Under the pieces are notes generated by a model. It was not told where the DNA came from. It saw only the letters and a list, made by a program, of their open reading frames with translations, and did not search any database. The translations under genes were made by a program, and so were the position numbers. From Lophium mytilinum (lineage: Eukaryota), in assembly GCA_010093605.1 (NCBI GenBank), contig MU004181.1, forward strand, positions 2,232,001 through 2,296,000: DNA of 64,000 nucleotides, read 5' to 3'. This document shows, in pieces, positions 22,147 to 34,654 of the stretch. The stretch's first letter is position 1, and the number at the start of each line of letters is the position of its first letter.

Positions 22147-25100
22147 ATGAGGGACTCTTCTCCATGCTTCCCCTCCTCATTCGATCCCGCAATCCACCTC
22201 CACTCCGAGCTTGACGCGTACGACGCGCCCCACGAAAACGTCTCTTATTCCGACGATCTCGAAGCATTGCGCGACACTCTAAAGGAAGCCACCGCGGAAA
22301 AGAACAGACAAGGAATCGTGATTCAGCATAGAGCTTGGAAACTGCCTGACGTCTTTCGCAGCGAGGAGGATTATCCAATTAGTACGTACCATTTCACGCC
22401 GCAGACCATCCTTCCACGACTAATGAATCCTAGATACTCCGTTAAGGACTCCCAGACCATCTCTTGACTCTTTTGTCAATCCGAACACCTCCTCTAGCTA
22501 TCCCGTTCCGCCCTCGTCTCCCCCAATTTCCACGATGCCGACGATGTCCTCACCAGTCGCGTATCCGCCGAGCTCTTCACCGAAGCTCGGATCGCCGAAG
22601 AAGAGGAAAAGGGTCGATCCTTTCCGAAGTCCTCTAAAAGATGTAGACTCGAATCATTCTACTAAAGTTTTTGGTGGATTTATGCAAGCGGAATCGGATG
22701 ATGATGAGGACGACTTTAACGCATTTCTGTCCAAGAAACGCGCTAGAACTGTCCTGAAAGATGTCGTGGCGAACAACACACCACCTGCAAGCCAAGGAGA
22801 ATCTGTTTTAGACCCTGAGACGGTCGCAGTAGAAGACTTGGACGCATACTTCAAGACTCCGTCCCCCGTGAAGCCGGCTCAAGAGCCACAGGAGTCGGTC
22901 CCGGGGACTGATAAACGTCCTTTGATGGCGACGACAGCAGCAGGACGGTCGATATACGTAGGGCAAAAGGCCGTCGCTCCCCTCATGTCGTATGAGCAAC
23001 TCATCGCATCTCGCTCCACCGTTGTTGAAGGAAAGGCTCAGAGGAGCTATTACGGAATCGATATCCACCAGCTGATGGACGAGGCGATTCAAGAAGACTT
23101 GGAAGCTGCCAAAGCAAGAGAAACTGAGAGGAACTCGCCAAAAGAGTCCGTTGAGCAGCCAGAGGACATTGTACGACCTGGAAAGAACCGGAAAACGTTA
23201 ATGTGGACTGAGAAATACCGGGCTCGCAAGTTTACAGACTTGGTCGGTGACGAGCGCACTCACAGATCGGTGCTGCGCTGGCTGAAGAGTTGGGACCCTA
23301 TCGTATTTCCTGGCTCCAGCAAACCAAAATCGAAAGCTAGCCATGCTTCTGGCGAAGATGTTGAGGAGCAAAAACATCGCAAGATCCTCTTGTTAACAGG
23401 GCCACCTGGCCTCGGCAAGACTACTCTAGCTCATGTCTGCGCTAGGCAAGCAGGCTACGAGATTCAAGAAATCAACGCTAGTGACGAGCGAAGCCACAAT
23501 GTCGTAAAAGGAAGAATCCGCGACATGGTCGGTACCGAGAATGTCAGAGGTGTCAATACGAAGACTGTTGATGGCAAGACAAGAAAGGCTGGCAAGCCTG
23601 TCTGCGTAGTTGTTGATGAAGTAGACGGCGTCGTTGGTGGTAGTGGTGGTTCTGGAGAAGGAGGCTTCATCAAAGCATTGATTGACCTGGTCAATTTGGA
23701 CCAGAAGAACTCCAGCATGCTAGGAGTGCAGACGAACGCTACGAAAAAGAAACGAAAGGGGGACAACTTTAGGCTTCTACGTCCTTTGATATTGATCTGC
23801 AACGACGTCTATCATCCATCGTTACGACCGTTACGCCAGTCTTCTATTGCCGAGATTGTTCACATCCGCAAACCTCCGCTGAACATGGTAATCTCTCGCA
23901 TGCATTCCATTTTCGAGAAAGAAGGCATTCCCTGCGATACAGATGGCGTTCGTCGACTTTGTGAGGCCACATGGGGCGTGAGCACGAAGAAAGAAGGAGG
24001 TACAGGAACTGGAACGGGAGAAGGCGATATACGTGGAGTTATGGTAGTGGGTGAATGGATTGCCGGCAAGCTTCGCTCATCGCTGAACTCGCAACCCGGC
24101 ATCACAAGACTTACGAGACGATGGATTGAGGACAATGTCTTGGACGGTCTTTCTCACGGAGGTGGCGCGGCTAGAAGTCTTGGGCGCGGTGGAGCGAAAG
24201 AGGTTGCGGAGAGGGTCTTCCGTGAAGGAGCAGGATTTCCCAAGAGCGCTGTCGCTATCGAGCAAAACAAGGGCTACATGGACGGCACAGGGGTAATCGG
24301 TGTGGCAGAAGCAAGCAAGCGGCGGGCCATGGAACGACTTCGAGAGATGATTGACACTAGTGGGGAGACTGACAAGATTGCAATGGGCAAGTAGATCCAT
24401 ACACATTCGTCTGACTATGTGCTAACGATCACAGACTGCTTCACTAGCTACCCTAATCATCCCTGGCAAGATGACACTTTCCTCAGCAAACCTAATGTCG
24501 CCTACGAATGGCTCAGTTTCCACGATACCCTGTCCTCAGCTGTTCACGGTTCCCAAGAATGGGAATTGGCACCCTACCTCTCTCAATCCGTCCTCGCGTT
24601 TCATCACCTCTTCGCCTCTTCAGGCCGTGCAGCTCAGAAAAACACGGATCCCTCTGCCGAGGAAAGCCCCTTCACAGGTCCAAGCGCACCATACATGGCA
24701 AATGAAGTCCAGCGATCGAACAAAGCCTCTCTAGTCGCCCTCCAATCCTCTCTCACTCTCCCCCTTACCCGCATGTTCCGCTCTCCTGAGGATCTTGCCA
24801 CAGACCTTCTCCCTTATGTTCTTCGTATGGTCTCTCCAGACATCAAGCCTGTCATTGTCAACACTGGCTCTGCAGCCGACAAAAATCGCAACGTAGCCAC
24901 CGCGTCTGTTCGCAAGGCTAGCGAGAAGGTCCTAGTCAAGCGTGCGGTGGATGCCATGGCAGCGACAGGCGTACGTTTCGAGCGGTCTCGCGTCGAATTC
25001 GATGATGCTGGTGCCCGCGGAAATTATGGTGGCTGGGTTTTCCGCATGGAGCCGCCTTTAGACGTGCTCGGCCAGTTCGAGACGATGGGAGGCAAGAGAG

Positions 25101-25486
25101 ACGAGAAGGTCCGGTTCGCGGTCCGACAGGTTTTGGAAATGGAGTGGAAACGAGAAAGCTTGCGACTCGAGGGCGAGGCGAGGCGAAAGAGGGGAGGAGG
25201 GGATGAATTTGAAGAACTCTCTGAGAAGGTCGGCAAAGAGACTCCGGCGGAGGAGGCAAAGAGGAAAGAAAGGACGAAGGAGAAGCTTGTCAAGCGGGAC
25301 TTCTTTGGACGAGCTATTGTCGCGAAGCCCGTTCCCGCGAGTGGCATCGTAGAGGCGGTGAAGAGGACTAGGGAGGAGAAGGCGGCGGATGAGAAGCAAG
25401 GGAGGGTGTGGATTAGTTTCCATGAGGGGTTTTCGAACGCGGTCAGGAAGCCTGTCACGATTGAGGAGTTGATGAGGGGTTTGTAG
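22147..25486 (+). CDS. CTF18: Chromosome transmission fidelity protein 18 (alternative RFC clamp loader large subunit), 3 exons
   Basis: LMWTEKYRARKFTDLVGDER, Walker A GPPGLGKTT, EINASDER, Walker B VVDEVDG, RPLILICND, C-terminal FHEGFSNAVRKP; introns 22382-22433 (GT-AG) and 24387-24434 (GC-AG). Confidence 0.96.
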
Positions 25487-25720
25487 AGATGTGAGCGTAG
25501 CATTTTAGCATCACGGTGTCGGGTTTGAAGCGTTTACGTTAGTTGATCTCATGCATGGATAGGTCCAAGAGAACTGCACTTAACCCTCGAATTGCAAAAA
25601 CATTTATTTAGAAAGCTGTCTGTGTTTCGTATCGCACTGGTACCCTAGACATCGATCGAATCATGTACATATGAGCCGAAAAGGATAGTCCAAGTCTTCG
25701 TAGGGGTTCCGGTTCAGGAG

Positions 25721-25875
25721 GGTCTTAGCAGTGTGCACAAAGTGTAGAAGGCAGAGAGGCTGCCACCAAAATTGCCGTGGCGGTATAACGGGGGGATCAG
25801 GGGTCACTTAAACCGCCATGGCAATTTTGGACGCAACCTCTCAGGCTTCCACACTTTTCGCGCACTGCCAAGACC
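25721..25875. repeat. Long imperfect inverted repeat (68-bp arms, 19-nt loop)
   Basis: Arm 25721-25788 aligns without gaps to the reverse complement of 25808-25875 with about 12 mismatches by hand count. Confidence 0.9.
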
Positions 25876-26164
25876 TACCCAAACAAGTATATCGTCACGT
25901 GCTGAACTCCCGAGCGCAACCTTTTTTGCCTTTCACGCTTCTGCACATTGTCAAGATTTGCGCAACTGAGTCCTATAGAGCTGTTTACCATACATCAAGT
26001 CGACCCAAGGATTAATTATTATTGATACACCGTGAACACAGCTTAGGGTGAATCTGTTCACGTTACCCGCCTTCGACAGACTCCAAACCAATCCAGCCCG
26101 GTACTAACCAAGAAGTATGTAACACACATCGCATCCTCCCCAGGCCGACAACCTCAGAGCACGC

Positions 26165-29100
26165 TCAATCTTCGCCAGTCAGGTCCACAAAATCGTTCTC
26201 GGCTTTCCGCTTCAGCATCCCAGATCCTTGGTTCGGGGTGTTCAAGACGTTTGAGATCGCCATCGGCGTCTGCTGCGAAGGCCTACCCGGAACCACGTTT
26301 CCAGAAACCGGACCGAGGGTGGACGTCCCCAGACCAGATCCTGTTGCAGCTCTATGCTGCCCAGAAGGCATCCACGGATACCTTTTTATTCCTCCCGCGG
26401 GTCCTGAGTTGAGCTGCGTGCCCTGCAACTGCGGTAGCTGGGCATGGGCTCGGGCAGGTCCCTCAGAATACTTGAGCCGAATCGCCCGGAACTGCATGAT
26501 GCTCTCATAGCTTTCTCCTAGCGCCTCTTTCAGCTCGAGCTCTCCGAGCCCTTTGATTTTAGTCTCCGCCAGTTTGACGCGCTGCTTCCACGCGGCCAGA
26601 AGTTCTTCATGGCCTCGATTCGTCTTCGTAACCACCAGAGTGTATGGGATCCCGCTGTGATCTGTGTTGCGCGCGCAGTGGCTCTTGATAGCGCTGAGTT
26701 GTCGCTCAAGGTGAGTGCGGCGCTTCTCGTTCAATGAGAATCGGCCCTCGTGCATGTTTGGATTGCTCAGGAACCGGTTGAGGGAGGCGCAGTCTTGACA
26801 CCAATGAGTTACGGTTGGACGGACCCAGTCCTGAGGTTTACGGGGCTCGTGACCGACGAAGTGGGTGAGATAGTTCAAGAGTGTCGTGCGGAAGATTTCC
26901 TGGGTGTGTGCAGAGCCAAGAGAAATCGAGAATCGTGGAAGGAGAGCGGTTAGGAGGGATAGGAAGGGGATAACGAGGGTGTTGTAATCCTCTGGATTGA
27001 TAGAAGCGTTTGAAAAGGCTGAAAGGATGGCCTGCACGTCATTCTGGTATGATAATGCTAGGCAGTGTTCAAGGAAGTCATGTAGAGCTTGTGCTGAAAT
27101 AGACGGAGGAGCATCATCTGTCTCCCCGCTTAGATTTGTGGGCTCGTATGTCGTTCGTTGGTGCTTGTTTGCTGAAGACGTCTCGTCTTGGGATGCGGTA
27201 AGGGAGAAGTTCTTCCCTATCTGTGGGACCAGCTGCTTGAATACTGCCGTGGTATGTTCTCTAGGTATCTTGTCTTCTGGGGCATGCCACAAAGTGTTGA
27301 GAAAAGCGACGATAAACGGAGTTTGATGGATGTTGCGTTCAATGACTGGCACAATCCTTATATTTTGTTAGACATGATGCATGGTATATATCGAGACTGG
27401 ACTTACTTGTCATTGAGGTATTGAGAGACGCTGTCCTGAGCCAATGCAACTTCTAGCAAAGGTCCACCGTCGAGTATGGACACTATCTCGACATCTTCTA
27501 GAAAGTTCTCGAGATCATCCGTCACCCACGCGGTGAGTCCCGACGCTTGGTTGCGATGCAGCGACTCTTTCGTGAATCTTCCTCCGAGGAAATTGCGAAA
27601 CGCTTCAACGTGAAGATGTATCTCAACATAATGTGCGTTGCAACGATTAAGTCTACGAACCTGCAATTAGCGTAGGAAGCAACCTCGCCAAGGTGATACT
27701 AACCCGGGCTTCATGGCTTCAAGACTGATCCAACGAAGCGCTTTCCCCATGTCAAGGAAGATATCCGGGGGCGTACGAATCTGATAGCAATCGAAGGCTT
27801 TCGCGAAGAGGCTGAGGTCGACTGAAGCCAGGCTCGCCTTGACTACACAGCTGATGACGGTGTCGGAAAACATCTCGTAGGTCCGCAATTGTCCACCCTT
27901 CTTGCACTCCGTGTTTTTGGCGAGAACAAGCTGGCAAGCGCTCGCGAGACCTCCTTTGATATTCGGTAACGTCGGATCCTGTGCGAGCTGGCTGACCAGA
28001 TACTCAATGAGACTCGCCATGCCACCATTATTGCTAAGGCTATAGCCACTGGAGTTTTTGAAGGGTCTCATGAGAAAGTCTATTTCGCGGTGACGCGGGA
28101 CGATAATAACTGCCTAATAGGGTAATTAGCAGCATAACCAAACAATTATAGTCAGAGATGAGAAATACCGTCTTCCTGTACCAGTGCCTAGCACTCGCTC
28201 CTGAATTGCCTGTGAAACCTTCATAGTCTTCGTCGTCTGGATAAGCATCTTCGAATGCATCATCTTGAATGATCTGCGTAGCATCAAAATCGATATTTTC
28301 CATGACCTGCACACCCTGAAGGTCCATGAGACTCTTGATAGCGTAGTCGTCCTCAAGAATGTCTGCGAGATCATGGTGCTGGCCATCCTCTCCATCCTCA
28401 GATTCCTCGTCTTCCTCATCACCGTAGTAGTTTCCATGTCGACCCCGCCGGCGATCGTACTCATCATAGTCATACTCCACTCCGCCGTACATTTGTCTTT
28501 CAAGCGCTGCGAGGAATATGGAGAACCCATTGGCTTCACAGGCCTGCTTGAGTGCCATAACACGTCCAAGATCCCGACTCTTCAATAGGTCAATCCGTAG
28601 GTTCGCTTCGGTGTATTTGTGCTCCAAGACGTAGATGAGCTCGCAACAGTCAATTGTCAATGAACTCTTAAGTTGAGAGCTCCATAAGCCGACCGCATTT
28701 CGAAGAACGCTAGATTCATACCTCAGCGCAGAAAAATCAGCCCATGGGCCTTTTCGAACGAGATTGTAAGTGAGGACCCATCTGTACCCTGAAGTGACCT
28801 CTTGCACCTACAACACATAAAGAATCAGTAAGCCGTCTTCAAAACACAGCAGAAGCTCCACCTACCTCATGTATAACATCAGAGTACCACCAAAGGTAAC
28901 AATTATCAACCTTTGACGTTGCATACGCCTTCCTCTCGCCCAAATGCTTCAACCTCACGTCGCCCCCAGTATGCGGCGACGGCAAACAAATCACCATCGT
29001 CCCAAACATACCGGGCGCTTTCTCGCTACTACTCCTCGTTAGCACCACATCCCAGGCCTCCAAAGTGGGAAAAACCAAGACAGAAACCCAACTCCAGCAC

Positions 29101-29526
29101 TTACTCCTGATGCGCCTTAAAATGCGCCCCCTTCTCATACAACAACATCTTATACAACTCCGCCCCAATCCTCTCCTCCCTAACTCCAATCTGCCGCGCA
29201 ACTTCTCTCACAGCACCCTCTACTACTCCCTCCCACTCCGCATTCCGGATCTCAAACGCCTCATGCCCAAGCTCCCACGTCTTCCTCACACTCTCATCCA
29301 CAACCGTCGCCTCCCCTTTTCCAAACGGCGCCTGGTGGCTCGCCCGCATAATAACGCGCGCATCCTGCTCGCTCAACGGCAGCGCAACCGGCCCATACTG
29401 TCCGACCCATATCCGCGGATCGGCGAATTGAGGGATCGTCGCGGCTGACGCAAACGGGCCCGGGGCGCCGATGCCGTCTAAAGCTTTGCGCAGCGTCGCT
29501 TTGGCGTTGCTGCTGATGGGGTCCAT
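26165..29526 (-). CDS. Large 2OG-Fe(II) oxygenase superfamily protein, multi-exon
   Basis: APFGKGEATVVDESVRKTWEL, LYKMLLYEKGAHFKAHQD (HxD formed across an intron), SEKAPGMFGTMVICLPSPHTGG, YSDVIHEV (distal His), GYRWVLTYNL (2OG-binding Arg); acidic middle region and helical C-terminal region. Internal exon boundaries are partly uncertain. Confidence 0.85.
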
Positions 29527-29978
29527 GTTGGTTTCTGGGATGAGAGTTGGATTGCGAGGGACGACGGTAAGACGCGAGGGTGGGAGATTGGGATACGCGT
29601 GGTGATCACGCTAAGAACGCCAGCACACGTGCTTCGTTAGTGTGCTTCGTCAATCACCGTTTGAAAAGGGGGCTTAAGTGGATTGTGGATAAGCAATCAT
29701 TTTAGGACAGATAGAGTCGATGTGTTGCAGACACAAGTGCTATGAAGTCTCGAAACCATCCAACTATGCAAGCAAAACGGCCGAGATGAATGATTGAACA
29801 TCCAAATTGCAATATTCTCAACCGCCGCTCGCACCGCCAAAAATAATTCAAAAATGAAACCAGGATAGGCTCAGCACTTCTCCGGTGCGAGATAGTGCTA
29901 GAGTACTCCATCTTGCTCCTCTCTCTCGCTAGACAATAGGATGCCAGCCCCAACTGTACAGCCGACCAAAGATAATAC

Positions 29979-32900
29979 TCACGAACCGTCTCCGTTCTCG
30001 TCCCTCTTTCTCTTTCCTCCTGCGCTGATAGCATGCGGTGCCAATCTCGCTTCAAGGGCCGTCATCGCCATGTTTTCAGGATAAGACGGTTGCGGTCGTA
30101 TTGGCGATGGGGAAACAACAGCGTCTCGAACCAATTGGTACGGGTTTTGAAAGGCCTGATACGGGTAGTGGTGGTATGGATTACCTGATGATGGCAAATC
30201 CTTGCTGGGGAGTCTAACGCTAGGCATCCCTCCAGCAGTACCCTTCTGGTCCCGAAGCGCTGGATCTATGTTTGATTCGCTCACCTGCTGCTTTTGCACT
30301 TCCCGTTGGAGATACGCCTGTGCGGTCTTTGATTCAATATCCAATCTCTCCTTCATTCTTTCTGTCTTGCGCCGCTTGTCGGATCCTTCGACGCTGCTAG
30401 CGGCAGTAGATGCACTATTGCCCGAAGGATTACTTGAGGAGCTATTAGACATAGTCCGTTGGTGATGCGGGGTCGCTAGACGCTGAGTATGCATCCAACT
30501 GTCTGTCCAGACCTGGCCTGGCGTCGGCTGATTTTGAGCGACAGACTGTGTACTGAGCGAGGGCGTAGGTCTACCAAGAGATGGAGTTGTTGGTGCCGGG
30601 TATGCTTGGAAGCTCTGAGTACTTGGCGCAGCTTGAACTCTATGAGTGCTTGGCGTGGCATTAGTTCCTTGACTATCTGGGGTGACTTGTACTCTCTGAA
30701 TCGGTGGCGTGGCGGTAACAAATCTCTGTTCGGCTAAAGCCATTTGCGCGGAACCTGACTTGAGAGAAGTAGGAGAAATACGAGGCTGCCCGTTAGGAAG
30801 AGGCTGAGTGTATTCGATATTCTGCTGACGCTGAGCCATAGCTCGAGCAAGTACCGGATCATCGCCAAGAGGGAAATTCTTGAGCTCGGGATCAGCCAAG
30901 GTCCGGCCATTCTGAACTACCCCTTGGTATGGAGTAAAACCTCGTGCAGAACCTTCTCCATTGCCAACAGGAAGATGCATGAGCTGTATATTAGGCGAAG
31001 CATGAACGTTGATATGCCTGTGTTGGAACTGGGACGCTGTTTGAGCAGAATTGAGGTTCGCCCCGTAGACAGGCACTTGCTGGCCTTCGGGTGCAGCTCG
31101 AGCATTGGTAAGCCTCTGTTGATGCTGAGAGACTGCAAGAGCCGCCGTGTTTAGGTCCATGTTCGGAGGGAAATCGAATGGGTAACCAGTAGGAAAATTC
31201 TGAGCGTCACTACTAAGCCTTCGTTGATGCTGAGCCAATGAAGTAGCGAGTGTTGGATCGACTGCTTGCGGAAACCCAGATGGGTGACCATTAGGAGGAT
31301 TCTGAGCGTTGCTATGCCTCTGTTGTTGCTGAGATAGGAAAGTAAGTCTTGGGTCTATTTGCGAAGGAGAACCCGAGAAGTGATTGTTTGAAGGAATTTG
31401 AGCGTTTCTGAGCCTTTGTTGAAGTTGAGCAAATGCATGAGCAGCAAGTCTTGGGTCGACTCCTTGAGGAGAATCAAACGGGCGACTACCAAAATTGTTG
31501 GGAGCATTGCTTGAGTTCTGTTGTTGCTGAGACAAGGAAGCAAGGCTCCGGTCAATAATCTTGGGAGAAGCCGAATAGTAAGCGTTACGAGGGTCCTGAG
31601 CATCACCAGGCCTCCATTGTTGCTGCAACAGAAGGCCAAATCGTGGATCGCTTGGGGGGGAAATGCCCAGGCGATCGTAAGGAAGATTTTGAGCATCATT
31701 GGGCGCCCACTGCTGTTGGGAGGCTGCTTGGGTAGGGTGCGGACCGTGGCTAGAGGGAGGATTCTGGGTCTGTCCATGACGTGAGAACTGAGAGTTACGG
31801 GCTTTTCGTTGCTGCTCAAGTAGAGTCTGAATGGCTTGCGGATCGCGAGCAGAAGGTGATGATAGGGAAGAAGCGCTCATTCCATCCATGGGAGCTGGCG
31901 TAGTTTCCATGTTTTGTCGGTTCTGGTTCCACACTTGAGGATTGCTGGAGTATTGAGCGTTTGGCAAATTGTGAGGACCGACGTTGGAGGCATATCTAGA
32001 CGCGATAGCCTTCTTGAGTAAATGCAGTGCTGAAGATTTAGAGATACCCGGATATTTCTTGTTGATGCGCTCCATAATATCGTCGTACAAATTAGGAGGA
32101 ATCGTGAGTCTCTCTAAGCCAAATGCTTTCGGGGGTGTAGAATCCGGTTGTCGACGGTTGAACAAAGCTGATTGAGGTGAGACCATTACGGCAGGAGGAG
32201 CGCGGCATGGTTGGTTCCGCGGTTGTGACAATTGCGCTGGAGGGGATGAGTGGTCCTTAAAAGCTGATGGCGGATTGGTTGGGAACTCCAAGGCCCGCGG
32301 TGATGACTGGCCCAACTCAGTAGCATCGTTGCTTTGCTTCAAGTGTTGTCGCGCTTGGCTCAAACTGGGTGTGGAAGCAATCGTAGCAGCAGTGCTCTGG
32401 CATATCTTGCTCGGTTCCTGCAACGCAGAAGTCGGCATCTTCTTTGGTAGTGCAGGACGAGATTGAGATGTTTCGACTTGTCTTGCCTCGGTCTTGTTCT
32501 TCGTGGTCTGTTCACGCGTCTGGAGTGGCGGGGCCGCCATGAAGCCCAGCGTTTCCGACACTCTGTTCTTGACATTGCCATTTTCCAGATGCGGCTGACT
32601 TCCCTTGGATTCTAATGCTGCAGGCGCGTTTCGCTCATGGAGATGGTTCTCCCCGAAGCCCGAGTTTTCTCGAGCCGAGTCTTCTCGAATATCTCTGTGT
32701 TGCGAAGTCGGCGGCTGCGAGGAATTGGCACCCTAAGTTATCAATGTCAGCAACAGGTCTAGCGCTGATTTACGGGATCCACTTACATCTGGGTCCATAT
32801 CATGGCCCGTAGATTCGTCGTCTTCGTCTCCTTGGCACAGTGTCGTTACCTCACCAGTGTCGCCATCCTCAACACCCAACAGCCCAAGTAGACTGGAAGG

Positions 32901-33972
32901 CAGCTTCTCCTGGCGTAGAAAATCGTACGCCCGTTTGAGCTCGCCTGGTGGGGCTTCCTCAGGGTCGATCGGTTCATTCGGATGCTCGAGCTTCCATTTG
33001 ATAATGTGAGGGGGTATTACATCGTCGCCCAGCTCCAAGGCCTCAAGTCGAAACTTCGCGATGTCTTCGAGCTCAAGATTGAGAAGGGCTTGAACGGCAT
33101 GGGTAGCGGAAAGGTACGTTTGCTGGCCCTCTTGAAGAATCTGGGTGATGATTTCCCATCGTAGGCTAGGCCAGAGGCTGGCAAAGGCAATCTAAATGTC
33201 GTTAGAAACAGATCTCCAACGGGAATGTATCAACAGGAGCTAGCTAAGGCTCTCATGTTCGGAAATTTTGGAAAGCAAGATAACATACCTTCGGGTGCTC
33301 TTCAAGGTCGGAGTCTTCCATATCTACATGGCCATTGCCGTCGCTGTCGTCGCTGATGTCCACACTGATGAACGACTCTCTCCATTTCTTGGTCTGTCCA
33401 CTGCTGCGCTCCCACAGCAGGCTCTCAATACCGTGCGAGCCTTCTGCCGTTCGAGGCCTAAGACGGGGTTCGTTCAGTGGCAACGATGGAAAAGCTTCAG
33501 TTGGTCGTGGTGACGTATCGCGAGGAGTGCAGCTTCGATTGCGGTTTTTCTTCGTCGTCCTGTTGTGGGCAGCTGTGCGCCGAAGGTCAGCGCGGCCGTT
33601 TGCGCGGTTGTTCGCCATGTGTGTATCGTGTCTCAGAAAAGAGGGTTCGGTGGATGTAAGGGGTTGTGAAGTCGAGAAAGTTGAGGTGTGGGTCGACGAT
33701 GCTTCCCTGGTTGGTGCCGCCGTAGAACCAGTTTTCGGAACTCGCACGTTCGGTCGACCTCTTGGCCGGCGAAGAGAGTCGGTTTCGTTATACAAGTCGG
33801 TAGTGCCGGGTTGGATCTCGGCAGCTGAGTCGCTGTCGACTTGAGATGCACTGGCAGAGTCGGATTCCGCTGCAGGTTCGAAGTCGTTGTCCGGTTCGCT
33901 GGATGCGTTCTGCCAGGAGCCTGTGCTGCTGTTGAACACACGTGGTGGTCGTATGGATGCGCGAAGCTGCAT
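29979..33972 (-). CDS. Large, mostly disordered Gln/Pro/Ser-rich hypothetical protein with internal repeats, 3 exons
   Basis: ORFs 33253..33972, 32733..33038 and 29979..32561 join in frame through GT-AG introns (about 33288-33193 and 32786-32733); C-terminal KRKR. Confidence 0.75.
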
Positions 33973-34654
33973 TTTAGCAGTTCATGACGCCGAAGGCCGT
34001 GGAAATGTCTGGTGAAAGCTATTGTGCGAGAGGTATTGTTCGCAAGCCTATTGAGATGCCAACAGTAGCGTCTGATGCGGTTTGCTGATAATGATGGCAG
34101 CGCACACCAGGCCACAGGAGACTGAGTGCAGTAGAATTGCGCATCCGCGGAGGAATGATGAAAGGTAAGGAGAGGAAAGTGATTGAGCTCACGAGGAAGG
34201 AGTCGACAAGGTGGCTGGGAGACGGCCAGACGGCTGACGTAACCCTATTTGCGGATAGACCTCACTTGTCACGGTCACGCACGCACAGAGAACAGCTACA
34301 GTTGAATGAGAATTGGCCATTGATAGGCATCTTGCCGTCCTACGGCACCTCAAAGAGCGCCAGTCTGCCAGCTGAGGACCAGGTCCCAGTCTTGGAAGCC
34401 TTCGCCAGTCAATGAAGCAAAACCGCCTCCGGCCCGTGTAGCGTAACAAAGCAGGAGATATTACCACTCACTGCAGTGATCCTGCCCCTGTAGCTCGCCT
34501 AGATCGAAGTCTTTCCCGGATGCCATCCGTTATAGCACCAAAACGCCCAAACGTTCCCAAACGCCACGCTTCTAGCGCCATGTCATAAATGCAAGGGTAT
34601 CATGTGTTACATGTTCAGCAGCCTTTCAAACTCCTACCGAACCCCATGGCAGCG

